The notes: generated by a model not told the origin, from the sequence alone. Counted from the first letter of the stretch, positions 19,228-30,583 are shown. The stretch is DNA of 64,000 bases from Rhodospirillaceae bacterium (GCA_024638465.1 JAHEKF010000008.1:4549-68548); one strand, 5' to 3'. Numbers and translations are program-made.

Positions 19228-19993
19228 GCGCGAATCCGTTGCCAGAACGCTCGGCGTTGCCGCCATCGTGGCGGTTTTCTGCTCACTAATGGTTTCATTG
19301 GCGGTGCTCTGGCTTCGCCCGATCCAGCTCGCCTATCTGTCTATAGAGCGAAACCGTGCCGTCCTGGAGGCATCGGGCCTGATCGAGCCCGCAACCGAGC
19401 TCACCGAGCAACAGATCGTCGATCGCTTCCTCGGTCTCGATACCCGAATCGTGGATCTCGATAGCGGCACGTTCTCCGATGCGGTTTCGACGACCAGCTT
19501 CGACTTCAGGGCAGCGATCAATGATCCTGACCTGACCAGACCGATTCAGGACGAATTGGACATTGCAAACCTCGGCCGCCGCCCTGTCTACTTGCCCGCT
19601 TATCTCCTGCGTAATGGTTCCACCATCGAGCAAATCGTGCTGCCAATCTATGGTCAGGGAATGTGGGCGACGATTCACGGCTTCATCAGCCTGAGAGCAG
19701 ACTTCGCGACGGTTGAAGGAGTTGCGTTCTATGAACATGGAGAGACGCCGGGCATAGGAGACCGGTTCCTCAACCCCGAGTGGCTTGCTCAGTGGCGAGG
19801 ACAACCTGCGTACGATGAGAATGAACGGGTCGCTTTCCGAATCGGCGCCGACGGAGGGCGCCCTGCGGGGATCGACGCAATCACTGGTGCGACTGTCACG
19901 ACATCGGCTATCGAAGATCTGGTTCGATACTGGCTCGGCGATGACGGTTTCGGTCCGTTCCTGGCCTACATGCGACGGGAGGCACCGCAATGA
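19220..19993 (+). CDS. nqrC: NqrC-like FMN-binding subunit
   Basis: N-terminal TM, LPIYGQGMW, FYEHGETPGIG, intact flavinylation motif IDAITGATVT. Confidence 0.92.
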   Translation: MTERESVARTLGVAAIVAVFCSLMVSLAVLWLRPIQLAYLSIERNRAVLEASGLIEPATELTEQQIVDRFLGLDTRIVDLDSGTFSDAVSTTSFDFRAAINDPDLTRPIQDELDIANLGRRPVYLPAYLLRNGSTIEQIVLPIYGQGMWATIHGFISLRADFATVEGVAFYEHGETPGIGDRFLNPEWLAQWRGQPAYDENERVAFRIGADGGRPAGIDAITGATVTTSAIEDLVRYWLGDDGFGPFLAYMRREAPQ

Positions 19994-20667
19994 TCCAACG
20001 CCTCATCGCAACCTCGCGTAACACGCTGCTCGCGCCGTTGCTCGACAACAACCCGATAACGCTTCAGGTGCTGGGCCTGTGCTCCGCTCTCGCCGTAACC
20101 AGTTCCCTGCGGCCGGCCATCTTCATGAGTGTAGCGGTCATTTCCGTGCTCGTCTTCGCCAACGTTACCGTGAGCCTGCTCCGCCATGTGATTCCGCAGA
20201 GCATCAGGTTGATCATCGAAGTCACGTTGATCGCCTCCGCCGTCATTGTCGTCGACGAAGTGCTGAAGGCATTCGTTCCCGATGTAGCGGCAATCCTGTC
20301 CGTGTTCGTCGGACTCATCATCACGAACTGTATCGTTCTGGCACGCGTTGAAAGTTTCGCGATGCATCATGGCGTTTGGGCGAGCCTCCTGGATGCGCTG
20401 GGAAACGGTCTCGGCTACGCCTGGATCCTGTTGCTGGTCGGAGCTATCCGCGAGCTTCTCGGCGCGGGATCGCTGCTCGGGCAAGAGATTCTGCCGCTCG
20501 CTGAAAGTGGCGGCTGGTTTGAGCCGAACCAGCTGATGCTACTCACGCCGAGCGCGTTCTTTCTGCTGGCATTGCTCGTCTGGACGATTCGCTCGCTGCG
20601 TCCGGTGCAGCGGTCTCAGTCTGATCAGATACGAAGCGACAATCCTCCCTCCGGCGCCGCGCCATGA
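19990..20667 (+). CDS. nqrD: NqrD subunit
   Basis: [18 protein letters not shown] and [12 protein letters not shown] (both FeS cysteines present). Confidence 0.93.
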   Translation: MIQRLIATSRNTLLAPLLDNNPITLQVLGLCSALAVTSSLRPAIFMSVAVISVLVFANVTVSLLRHVIPQSIRLIIEVTLIASAVIVVDEVLKAFVPDVAAILSVFVGLIITNCIVLARVESFAMHHGVWASLLDALGNGLGYAWILLLVGAIRELLGAGSLLGQEILPLAESGGWFEPNQLMLLTPSAFFLLALLVWTIRSLRPVQRSQSDQIRSDNPPSGAAP

Positions 20668-21275
20668 CTGGCGATCTGGTCATCATCGCGTTCCGCGCGA
20701 TCTTCATTGAGAATCTGGCGCTGAACTTCCTGCTCGGTGTCTGCACATACATCGCCGTCTCTCAGCGCGTCGCGACCGCGCTCGGCCTCGGAATGGCCGT
20801 GACGGTAGTACAGACGATTACTGTCCCGGTCAACAATCTGATCTACCGAAACCTGCTCGAGCCGGAAGCGCTTCGATGGGCGGGTGTCGTAGGCCTGGAC
20901 CTTTCGTTTCTGCGATTCATTACCTTCATCGGTGTCATCGCTGCGGGTGTCCAGATACTCGAACTGACACTCGATCGCTACTTTCCACGCCTTCAGCATT
21001 CGCTCGGCGTCTATCTGCCACTCCTGACCGTCAACTGCGCCATCCTCGGCGGGTCTTTGTTCATGGTGCAGCGCGATTACAGCTTTTCGGAAAGTGTGGC
21101 GTACGGGTTTGGAAGCGGCGCCGGGTGGGCTCTCGCAATCGTGCTGTTCGCAACTATCAGGGAACGAATCGACGAGAGCGAGGTTCCCGAAGGTCTGCGC
21201 GGACTCGGTCTCGCATTCGTCGTCACCGGAATTCTGGCTCTGGGCTTCGCAGGGCTCAGAGGTCTCGAGTTCTAG
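20664..21275 (+). CDS. nqrE: NqrE subunit
   Basis: [19 protein letters not shown] and [13 protein letters not shown] (both FeS cysteines present). Confidence 0.93.
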   Translation: MTGDLVIIAFRAIFIENLALNFLLGVCTYIAVSQRVATALGLGMAVTVVQTITVPVNNLIYRNLLEPEALRWAGVVGLDLSFLRFITFIGVIAAGVQILELTLDRYFPRLQHSLGVYLPLLTVNCAILGGSLFMVQRDYSFSESVAYGFGSGAGWALAIVLFATIRERIDESEVPEGLRGLGLAFVVTGILALGFAGLRGLEF

Positions 21276-21289
21276 AGCGCAGGCCTGAC

Positions 21290-22513
21290 ATGTTGCTCGA
21301 GATAGTGGTTCCGACGGCAGTATTCACGGCGATCGTGCTCGTTTTGTCGGCGATCGTGCTTCTTGCCCGCAAGCGGCTCGAGCCAAGCGGGCCGGCGAAG
21401 ATAGAAGTCAACGGCGAACGCGTCATCAACACGGAAGCGGGACGCAGGCTGCTTTGGGCGCTCGCCGACAACGGTATCTACCTGCCGGCAGCATGCGGTG
21501 GTCGCGGCACCTGTGGCCAGTGCCGGGTCACAGTCAGGTCCGGCGGTGGTCCCTCTCTTCCGACTGAAGCGCTGCACATAGGTGCGGAGGAGCAAGCGAA
21601 GGGAGCACGCCTCGCTTGCGCTGTCCGGATTCGTGACGACATGAAGATCACGGTGCCGGCTTCAATTCTCGATGTCCGCCAATGGTCGTGTGAGGTCGTA
21701 TCGACGCGGAACGTCTCGACTTTCATAAAGGAACTCGTACTCAGGCCTTCCGAGCCTGACCCAATGCGATTCGAGGCGGGTGCCTACGTCGTGGTCGAGG
21801 CACCGCCCCATCACGTCAGTTTCCGCGATCTTGATATAGGCGATCAGTATCTCGAAGACTGGCGTCAGTCGGATCTTCTCGAACTCGAATCCGTCGTCGA
21901 GACCTCCACTCTCCGTGCCTACTCCCTGGCGAATCCGCCACAACAATACGATCGGTTGGTGTTGCTCGTTCGAGTCGCTACGCCTCCCGCGACTGCTCCG
22001 CCAGGCACACCACCCGGGCAGGCCTCTTCGTATCTCTTCAGCGTCGGCGAGGGTGACCGGCTCGCAGTCTCTGGCCCGTTCGGGCAGTTTCGGGCTCGAG
22101 AGAGCGACAACGAAATGATATTCATCGCTGGTGGCGTTGGCATAGCGCCGATACGGTCGATCGTTCTGGATCAGCTGTCGCAAGGGTCGCGCCGCAAGAT
22201 GAGCCTCTGGTACGGTGCGCGGGACAGAAAAGATCTTTGTTACGTCGACGATTTCGTGGAAGCCGAAGGGCAACATGATAACTTCGAGCTACACATCGCA
22301 CTGTCGGCGCCTCGTGGTGACGACAAGCAAAGCTATCAAGAGGGATTCGTTCATCTACTGCTACGTGATAACTACCTCAGTACGCACCCGGCACCCGGGG
22401 ATGTGGAATACTATCTCTGCGGCCCTCCGCTCATGAGCGCCTCCGTCATAGAAATGCTCCAGCAGCTCGGAGTCGATCGCAGTCAAATACTATTCGACGA
22501 TTTTGGTGAATGA
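21290..22513 (+). CDS. nqrF: NqrF NADH-oxidising FAD/[2Fe-2S] subunit
   Basis: N-terminal TM, ACGGRGTCGQC...RLAC, RAYS, GGVGIAP, YYLCGPP, FDDFG. ATG at 21290. Confidence 0.94.
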   Translation: MLLEIVVPTAVFTAIVLVLSAIVLLARKRLEPSGPAKIEVNGERVINTEAGRRLLWALADNGIYLPAACGGRGTCGQCRVTVRSGGGPSLPTEALHIGAEEQAKGARLACAVRIRDDMKITVPASILDVRQWSCEVVSTRNVSTFIKELVLRPSEPDPMRFEAGAYVVVEAPPHHVSFRDLDIGDQYLEDWRQSDLLELESVVETSTLRAYSLANPPQQYDRLVLLVRVATPPATAPPGTPPGQASSYLFSVGEGDRLAVSGPFGQFRARESDNEMIFIAGGVGIAPIRSIVLDQLSQGSRRKMSLWYGARDRKDLCYVDDFVEAEGQHDNFELHIALSAPRGDDKQSYQEGFVHLLLRDNYLSTHPAPGDVEYYLCGPPLMSASVIEMLQQLGVDRSQILFDDFGE

Positions 22514-22643
22514 TGCTTTTCGTCGTGAGCTTAATAGCGTTCGGATTAGCGATGTTCCTGATGGCACTGGGCACGTTACTCGGTCGTCGGCCGTTGACGG
22601 GCAGCTGTGGCCGCAGCACCACTTGCGACTGCCGGAGAGAAAG

Positions 22644-23060
22644 ATGAGCATTGCTCTGCGAGTGCGGGATTACATGACGACCGAACTTAAGACGATCACG
22701 CCGCACACCGATATTACTCTGGCTTTACAAATCCTGATCACCAATGACATTTCCGGCGTACTAGTGGTCGACGATTCGGGGACGCTGGTCGGGATCCTCA
22801 CCGAGCGAGACTGCATAGCGACGGCCTCGAGTGCCGGCTATTACGATGAGCTTGGCGGTCCAGCGTCTGAGTTCATGAGCGCTACTGTCGAAACCGTCGC
22901 ACCCGACGAGAATCTGGTCGACATCGCCATTCGGATGACCAATTCACGCTATCGCCGGTTCCCCGTGCTCGAAGACGGGAAGCTGGTCGGGCTCTTGAGC
23001 CGCCGTGACGTACTCCGTGCGCTCGGCAGCGGTTCATGGTTCGCTAAGAAGAACAACTGA
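22644..23060 (+). CDS. CBS-domain pair protein
   Basis: VRDYMT...LVGILTERD...RFPVLEDGKLVGLLSRRDV; GGAG ribosome-binding site before ATG 22644. Confidence 0.9.
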   Translation: MSIALRVRDYMTTELKTITPHTDITLALQILITNDISGVLVVDDSGTLVGILTERDCIATASSAGYYDELGGPASEFMSATVETVAPDENLVDIAIRMTNSRYRRFPVLEDGKLVGLLSRRDVLRALGSGSWFAKKNN

Positions 23061-23083
23061 AGTGATGCCAGGTCTGAGTAAAG

Positions 23084-24556
23084 TTAGAACGACACGTCCC
23101 ATTGAAGCCGAAGCCGGTTCTCAGAGTCGTCGAGACCGAGCAGGTTGTCGTCGAGCGTCAGCCGGGACAGATCGACCGTAATCTTGTTGTTGTGACCGTT
23201 AAAGAACCAGTTCGCTCCTAACGTCAGTTCTCTGCGATTGTTCTCTAAAGCTCGATTGACAGCGTTGGGCTCGTCCACCCGCGCGTAACGCACGGCGAAT
23301 TCCAGTGGGGCCGGGACGCTCGGAATCAGATGGTGGAAAAAGTACCCGGCCTGCACATACCCACCCGTCAGCTCGTACTTGCTGTTGTCGGACCGGTCTC
23401 GAATCGTCTTCTCATGGTACTCCTGCTGGATCGAAAGCCCTCGATATTTGAAGGCAAACTCCTGAACCGTCTGGTCTGTCTTGAATTGATCTGCGGCGGC
23501 GGTCGCGGGAGATTCGAATCCATCGAGATTGCCGCAGCCCGAAGAGGACCAGCGCGTACAGCTGCCCGTATTAGTCATGGTTGCGAGAGCAAGACTTCCG
23601 GTCGGAAGCTCTGTGTACTCGACATCGGTCTGCCGCCAGGACAGATCACGACCCATGAAATTCCACTGCAGACGCCCCATGTACATCAGGTCGTCGCTGT
23701 TGTTACGGACGCCTCTGCCTTCGCCGTTGAACGCACCCGCCCAGTAGCGAAGATCCGCGCGCGTGCCGTTAAATGCTCGACCTCGCAGCTGAAAACCGAC
23801 CTGGCGATCAATGGTGAACACACGATTCACGATCGAGCGCTCAACGAATTGCTGGCGCCCGGATGAATCGACACGTTCCCGGTTCAGATCGATTTTCCAC
23901 TGACCTACTCGAAACCCGCCCCAGCTCCACTTGGCGATATCGATTCGCCAGTCTATGACCCGGGAGCTCGCGGACGCACTGCTGTCGTCAACGTCGCGCG
24001 TCGGTTGGAGATCGACTTCGAAGTAGTATCGCAGCCAGGGCTGATAGCCATGGCCGCCGATCTTCATGCGTAACCTGCGTGCTTCGAGCGTAGTCTCGTC
24101 ACCCGAAGAGAAGGCGGAGAGTTGCCGGGGATCAGAATCCAACGGCGTCGTTGCGCGCAACTGAGCCCGCCACTGCAACTCGGTTCTCCAGTTGCCGTCA
24201 CGAGACTGCAGGCGAAACCCGGTACTCTCGTAGCTGCCATCGAGCAACAGGTCATCGTCGCCGTCGACCGCATCGTTGGAATCCGCTTCACTCGATTCGG
24301 CTTCCGGTGTTGTCGCGTCCTGGAGAATATCCTGGCTCGTCAGCGTCTCCGACTCGAGCAGTTCGTCATACTGCTGTTGTGAAATCGCGCCGTTGCTCAG
24401 AAGAACATCCAGAAGTTCCTTATCCGCAGCGTGAGCGCTACCGAACAACGACAGGAAGACAACAGCTGCGAACACTGGTCTGGAAACCGACAATTCTGTG
24501 AAAATGTTAATGGCTCTGGCTCCGGTTTTCGGCTCGTCTGAGTCTCGGCCGGCCAT
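23084..24556 (-). CDS. Phosphate-selective porin, OprO/OprP family (true start possibly TTG 24493)
   Basis: Signal peptide ending AHA, ARRLRMKIGG, GQWK, ERSIV, LGANWFFNGHNNK, terminal Phe; Pho box upstream. Confidence 0.8.
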   Translation of the reverse strand: MAGRDSDEPKTGARAINIFTELSVSRPVFAAVVFLSLFGSAHAADKELLDVLLSNGAISQQQYDELLESETLTSQDILQDATTPEAESSEADSNDAVDGDDDLLLDGSYESTGFRLQSRDGNWRTELQWRAQLRATTPLDSDPRQLSAFSSGDETTLEARRLRMKIGGHGYQPWLRYYFEVDLQPTRDVDDSSASASSRVIDWRIDIAKWSWGGFRVGQWKIDLNRERVDSSGRQQFVERSIVNRVFTIDRQVGFQLRGRAFNGTRADLRYWAGAFNGEGRGVRNNSDDLMYMGRLQWNFMGRDLSWRQTDVEYTELPTGSLALATMTNTGSCTRWSSSGCGNLDGFESPATAAADQFKTDQTVQEFAFKYRGLSIQQEYHEKTIRDRSDNSKYELTGGYVQAGYFFHHLIPSVPAPLEFAVRYARVDEPNAVNRALENNRRELTLGANWFFNGHNNKITVDLSRLTLDDNLLGLDDSENRLRLQWDVSF

Positions 24557-24622
24557 CGTCTATCGCGTCAAAAGCGGACGGCGTCGAGCCGGCATTCTGA
24601 ATCGGGATCGTGGGACTGCAAC

Positions 24623-24640
24623 GTTACAGAATTATTACAT
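24623..24640 (-). promoter_or_regulatory. Pho box (PhoB-binding site) upstream of the porin
   Basis: Minus strand ATGTAAT-AATT-CTGTAAC fits the 11-bp-periodic CTGTCAT-A(A/T)A(A/T)-CTGTCAC consensus. Confidence 0.65.
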
Positions 24641-24738
24641 TGGAATCGCGACGCCTCTGTGTTCATCGGAAACACCTGACCGAAAGCCCCTGGTGGGTGA
24701 GCAGACCCGCGTTGTCATTACCGGGATGCGCAGAAAGC

Positions 24739-24812
24739 TGGAGCGGGTGATGGGAATCGAACCCACGTCATCAGCTTGGGAAGCTGAGGTTCTACCATTG
24801 AACTACACCCGC
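24739..24812 (-). tRNA. tRNA-Gly(CCC)
   Basis: GCGGGTGTAGTTCAATGGTAGAACCTCAGCTTCCCAAGCTGATGACGTGGGTTCGATTCCCATCACCCGCTCCA: cloverleaf, anticodon CCC, encoded CCA end. Confidence 0.97.
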
Positions 24813-24947
24813 TATTCCTGTGTCGACCACGGATTTTACTGCTGGCCAAGGCTCACAGTCACCATCGAACGGTAGAGAAACGGTAGCTCTCGGTAAGAAC
24901 GAGCTTCAAGCGAGTCGCGCGGCCTGGAGTGCGCGTTCGAGATTCCG

Positions 24948-25319
24948 TTGGCGCCGCGCTGGGTACTCGACGGCAATGCGCTGTTCAACGACACCGCGAC
25001 GGTCGACGATACGATCCGTATCCGCCGGCCGGAAGGGATGGCGAACCTCGGTGTGCAGTATCGAGGCGGCGACGGCCGGCTCGGCCTTCGCGCGAACGTC
25101 AGGCGTTCGGACGGTGCCGTGGACGAGCTTTTCGGTATCGGCCGCTTGCCGCTTGCCGACTACGATGTTCTCGACGTCTCCGGGGCATGCCGGCTCGATA
25201 GCGGTGTCGAGGTCTTTGTCCGCGTCGAGAACCTGTTCGATGAGTCCTTCCAAGAGATCATCGGTTTCAACACGCCGGACCGAACCGTGTTTGCCGGTTT
25301 GCGTCTTCGGCTCGATTGA
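24948..25319 (+). pseudogene. C-terminal fragment of a TonB-dependent receptor
   Basis: RRPE...YDVLDVS...VFVRVENLFDESFQEIIGFNTPDRTVFAGLRL is a TonB-receptor C-terminal signature. No room upstream for the plug and most of the barrel. Confidence 0.75.
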
Positions 25320-25329
25320 CGTTAGCTGC

Positions 25330-25923
25330 TTACCAACCAGTAGCGAGCGGCAGGTCTTCGTTTGCCGAGATGTTCAAAACGGCGCAGTGGTGATAGGAGA
25401 AATCGCCTGCACGGAGGCCGGGATGCTGCAACATGACCTGGATGATCTGCAGGAAGCAGCCTTCGCAGTCGATGTTCGGGATTTCGATCTCGGTTTCCCA
25501 ATTGCCGGCGCCGCGCTCGTAGTGCTCCCACAAGCCGTCGACCAGGACGGGCGGTTCCGGGTTCTCAAGGATCTCGGCCGACTCGGAACGCGGGCCACGT
25601 TCCGTTTCCATCATCGTGACGTGGGGGTCGTCGGGCAGCCAGTTGGGTCGGCGCGCGAGCGCGATTCGGAAATGACCGGGATGGTAGATCTTTTCCTCGA
25701 TGGCGACGCGGAGCATCTGTCCTCCTTGAACCTCGGTCACGGCGCCGCTACGCGTGCCGCCATCGGCAATCGTCCCGCCGCAGGGTGCGAGCTTTTGCGG
25801 GTCGCCGCGATCATCCTCTTCGATCCATGAGGCCGGTTCCAACAGCTTGAAATGCGCACTCGCGGCCGTGAAAGCCAAGGTGCAGGCCACGGCGAGCGTG
25901 GTTTTGGACAAGATCGTGTTCAT
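25330..25923 (-). CDS. Secreted histidine-brace (LPMO-like, SCE4755-type) copper protein
   Basis: Signal peptide ending ASA followed directly by His (HFKLLEP); PCGG, HPGHFRIAL, CEGCFLQ, YHHCA. Confidence 0.7.
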   Translation of the reverse strand: MNTILSKTTLAVACTLAFTAASAHFKLLEPASWIEEDDRGDPQKLAPCGGTIADGGTRSGAVTEVQGGQMLRVAIEEKIYHPGHFRIALARRPNWLPDDPHVTMMETERGPRSESAEILENPEPPVLVDGLWEHYERGAGNWETEIEIPNIDCEGCFLQIIQVMLQHPGLRAGDFSYHHCAVLNISANEDLPLATGW

Positions 25924-26060
25924 TGAAGGTCCTCTTGTTGCTCCGGCTAAAGCCCCTTCTTCGAAATTGCTGACAAGTATATAGTCACCGTACCGATTAA
26001 GAAGCTGCTGATGTGTCCCGGGCATGCCCGCGAAACGCATCCAACCGTGGAGATTTCATC

Positions 26061-26351
26061 GTGAAGATGAGCGTACGCTTGACCTTGCTGTCCACGTTTC
26101 TACCGGCCTTATTTCTCGCCGGCTGCGATCGAGCGGCCGTCGATACGCCTGAATATCCGGTCGATGCGTTTCTCGAGACGACGGCCTACGTCGGCGCGTT
26201 GTTCTCACCCGACAAGTCGACATTGCTCGTGTCAAGCAACGAGACCGGGATCTTCAATTTATACGCGTTACCCGTGGACGGTAGCGAGGCGGAGCCGCTG
26301 ACACGCTCGACGACCGAGGCTTACCGAACCGTCCGGGAAACCGGTGCCTAA
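26061..26351 (+). pseudogene. N-terminal fragment of a lipoprotein, probably an S9 peptidase beta-propeller
   Basis: Lipobox LAGC, then FSPDKSTLLVSSNETGIFNLYALPVDG..AEPLT; ends after about 96 aa. Confidence 0.6.
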
Positions 26352-26379
26352 CCCATCCGCTTGATTACCCGGGTAGTGA

Positions 26380-27599
<1,220 letters not shown>

Positions 27600-27997
27600 G
27601 CGTCCGATTCCTCTGTAACTGACTGGTCGACTCGACGACACCTCCCGGTTCGAGTCGGAGATTTAGAGGTTTCTAATGACTATATGGAAACGGTTGCTGA
27701 TCACATTACTCTGTATGGTCCTTGCGAGCTTTATCGTGGGACTTGCGTGGCGGGGCATGTTCGATGCGAGGATCCCCAGCTATCTAAGTGGCCTAATTGG
27801 CGGGGTGTCCGCGCTGGCGATCTGGGAACTTCTACGTCCTCGGTCTGGACGGTGAATCGCACTTGCCGATTTACGTGCTACGGATGCTCAACCGGCAGAC
27901 TCTGAATGACCGGAGCTGGCCGTACTTGGATCTTTGCATCGTAAAGTCGAACGTCTCGGATGCTTTCACAAAGCAGCCGTTCAGCCCCGCTAAAGAA

Positions 27998-28159
27998 GTG
28001 AGGCTAAAACTGAGCTGACTCGAAAAGCCCGGTAGACTCAGTTGGTTACTTTAGCGTGACGTACCTGTCTGATTTCGGTGGCCTCAAGACCAGAGATCAA
28101 TGCGGTTTCTCTCAGTTGGTAACTGTGCTCCGGTAATCGCGAAGCTTGGCTTCTACCAT
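27998..28159. repeat. Direct repeat copy 1 (~160 bp, att-like), ending in a tRNA-Gly 5' fragment
   Basis: Colinear with 30584-30744, e.g. GCCTCAAGACCA.AGATC...TCTCAGTTGGTAA.TGTGCTCCGGTAATCGCGAAGCT. Confidence 0.85.
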
Positions 28160-28233
28160 AATCTTTGCGTAGCCGTGTCCAGCGTATTAGTTTGCAGCGT
28201 AGCCAGAAGAATACATTCCGCGAGTTATCAGTC

Positions 28234-29919
28234 ATGGAGAATCTAGCCGCACCCGAGGGCTTCGAGTTGGGCGTACTGGTCACGCAATTGGGCGGCGGAC
28301 TGGCGCTGTTCCTGTACGGCATGCGGCAGATGACTGGAGCGCTCAAGACGGTTGCCGGCAGCGGCATGAAAAACTTGATGGCGCGCATGACGGCCAACCG
28401 TTTTGCCGCCGCATTCGGCGGCGCGATTGTCACCGCGGTGATCCAATCTTCCTCCGTCACCACCGTGCTCGTGGTGGGTTTCATTTCGGCCGGAATCCTG
28501 AACCTCAGTCAGTCGATCGGCGTGATTTTGGGCGCCAACGTCGGCACGACCTTTACCGCCCAAATCATCGCGTTCCAGGTATACAAATATGGTCTTGTGA
28601 TGATCGCCGCAGGTTTCTTCACGGAGATCCTGGCGAGGCGCGAGCGGATTCGGCAGTGGGGCACGGTGTTGATGGGTCTCGGGCTCATCTTCTTCGGCAT
28701 GGAACTCATGAGCATCGCAACGAGTCCGCTGCGCCAGTGGCGCCCCTTCATCGAGCTGATGCAGAACATGCAGAACCCGTTGCTCGCGATAAGTATCAGC
28801 GCGGCCTTCACGGCGGTCGTGCAAAGCTCTTCGGCCACGACCGGTATTGTAATCGTGCTCGCGAGTCAGGCGCTGATTTCACTCGAAACGGGCATCGGAC
28901 TGATACTCGGCGCCAACATCGGAACCTGTGTCACTGCCTTCATCTCGGCAATCGGTCGGCCGCGGGAGGCGTTGCAGGCCGCCTGGGTGCACATCCTGTT
29001 TAATGTCGCCGGCGTGTTGCTGTGGCTGCTTTTCATCGCGCAACTCGCCGACCTGGTCCGTACGATCTCGCCGACTGCAGAAATCGCGGATGCTTTAGCG
29101 CGCGCGGCGGCCGAGACGCCGCGTCAAATTGCCAATGCCCACACAATATTCAATGTCAGTAACCTTGTCATTTTTATCTGGTTTACGGGACCGCTGAGTC
29201 GTATCGTCGAACGGATTGTGCCGCCGCGTCCAGAGCCGCCGGGTATCCAGCCACTGTACCTGGACGAGTTCTTCCTTGAGCAACCGGCTCTGGCACTCGA
29301 CCAGGCGCGCCGCGAATTGGTGCGGCTCGGCGAATTGAGCCAATCGATGCTGCGCCGCTCATTTCCGGTCGTCACAGGCGGAACGGAACAAGACATCATC
29401 ACATTGTCGCGCGCCGACGACGAGATCGATACCCTCTACGAAGCAATCATTCGATACCTCGCCAAACTCTCGCAGAAAGATTTGATACAACCACAACCCG
29501 AGCAGCTGAGTGAGTTTGTGGGCATCGCCAATTACCTGGAGAACATCGGCGACGTCATAGAAACGGACCTGCTGCCCGTTGGCAGCAAACGAAGGAGCAC
29601 GGGATTGGTGATTAGCGAATCTACACTGGAGAAGTTGGAGCCTATTCATGAGCAGGTATGCTGGTCATTCGAAAAGGCGCTTGCTGCCTTGGAAACAGGT
29701 GACAGACAGGATGCCGCCGATACGATCGAGACCAAGGGCGTCGTCAACGATCTTGCCGAGGCAGCGACGAAGCACATCGCCAAGCGGCTGGTCGTCGATG
29801 AGCCCAATCGAATGGAGGCGTTTCAGATCGAGACCGACATCATCGAGAGTTACCGGCGAATCAATACCTATGCGCGTCGAATCGCTAGGCTATCTCTCGA
29901 AGTGAACGGCGGTGATTGA
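28234..29919 (+). CDS. Na+/phosphate cotransporter family protein with PhoU-like C-terminal domains
   Basis: GGLALFLYGM, twin QSSS...GAN(V/I)GT repeats, ANAHTIFN, LENIGD. Confidence 0.92.
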   Translation: MENLAAPEGFELGVLVTQLGGGLALFLYGMRQMTGALKTVAGSGMKNLMARMTANRFAAAFGGAIVTAVIQSSSVTTVLVVGFISAGILNLSQSIGVILGANVGTTFTAQIIAFQVYKYGLVMIAAGFFTEILARRERIRQWGTVLMGLGLIFFGMELMSIATSPLRQWRPFIELMQNMQNPLLAISISAAFTAVVQSSSATTGIVIVLASQALISLETGIGLILGANIGTCVTAFISAIGRPREALQAAWVHILFNVAGVLLWLLFIAQLADLVRTISPTAEIADALARAAAETPRQIANAHTIFNVSNLVIFIWFTGPLSRIVERIVPPRPEPPGIQPLYLDEFFLEQPALALDQARRELVRLGELSQSMLRRSFPVVTGGTEQDIITLSRADDEIDTLYEAIIRYLAKLSQKDLIQPQPEQLSEFVGIANYLENIGDVIETDLLPVGSKRRSTGLVISESTLEKLEPIHEQVCWSFEKALAALETGDRQDAADTIETKGVVNDLAEAATKHIAKRLVVDEPNRMEAFQIETDIIESYRRINTYARRIARLSLEVNGGD

Positions 29920-30519
29920 CTCGCGAACCAGCCTCTTGAGTCCGCGACGTATCATAATGAAGCAGACGATCGGGTAGGGAACGATCACGGGCAAGTTGAT
30001 ATACGGCCAATAGTCACCGTTTACAGGGATCGGCAGTTGACTTGGAGACGCGCTCAGAAGAAAAAAGAATGCCGTGCAGACAGAGATGACCCGCAGCTCG
30101 AGATGCCTTTCGGATCTCATTACGAGGACGAGCCCGCGAAATGCAACGAACAGAATAAGCGCTTGCAGCGGAACGCCGAGAAGTTCCCAGACCAACCCTA
30201 GCCCCAATTGCCACTCCACCTCCCCCAGTAGCGAGACCAGTGTCCCTAAGAGAAGCAGCGCAAAAAGCGACGACAACCACGCAACACCTCTAAGCCATGA
30301 ATAAGCTTTGTTCGTGGTGGCATGCCGGTCTGATACGTTCCCCGGCGGCTTGGATATTACGGTCACAAGTAATGTGAAGAACGGAAACAGGAACCCCAAC
30401 GTCGGGATTCCATAAAAGATCACCGACAGAGCGCGTTGAGGATCCCATAAAAACAGCACCGCACTGCCTAATGCGATCCATGTGTACCAACGAATCCTGC
30501 CAGCTCGTATTACTGACAT
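29890..30519 (-). CDS. Hypothetical polytopic membrane protein
   Basis: 209-aa ORF with several hydrophobic segments and GAGG upstream of the start; no family recognised. Confidence 0.55.
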   Translation of the reverse strand: MSVIRAGRIRWYTWIALGSAVLFLWDPQRALSVIFYGIPTLGFLFPFFTLLVTVISKPPGNVSDRHATTNKAYSWLRGVAWLSSLFALLLLGTLVSLLGEVEWQLGLGLVWELLGVPLQALILFVAFRGLVLVMRSERHLELRVISVCTAFFFLLSASPSQLPIPVNGDYWPYINLPVIVPYPIVCFIMIRRGLKRLVRESITAVHFER

Positions 30520-30583
30520 GGGTGCACCTCAAAACGAAAACGAAATTTCGCTTCAGCAGGAAGCGGCCGTTCCGCACGTAAAT

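Noticed and set aside
18214-22513. Rnf complex
   Set aside because: Gene order and motifs (PWxWHL in B, NqrF with RAYS/CGPP/FDDFG) match Nqr; no RnfB or RnfC.
26328-26355. Possible IS3-like terminal repeat (CCGTCCGGGAAACCGGTGCCTAACCCA) at the peptidase truncation
   Set aside because: Only a loose resemblance; no transposase or matching partner end found.
27684-28018. Short ORFs 27684-27905 and 27797-28018
   Set aside because: No recognisable motifs; they lie in degenerate island sequence next to the repeat.
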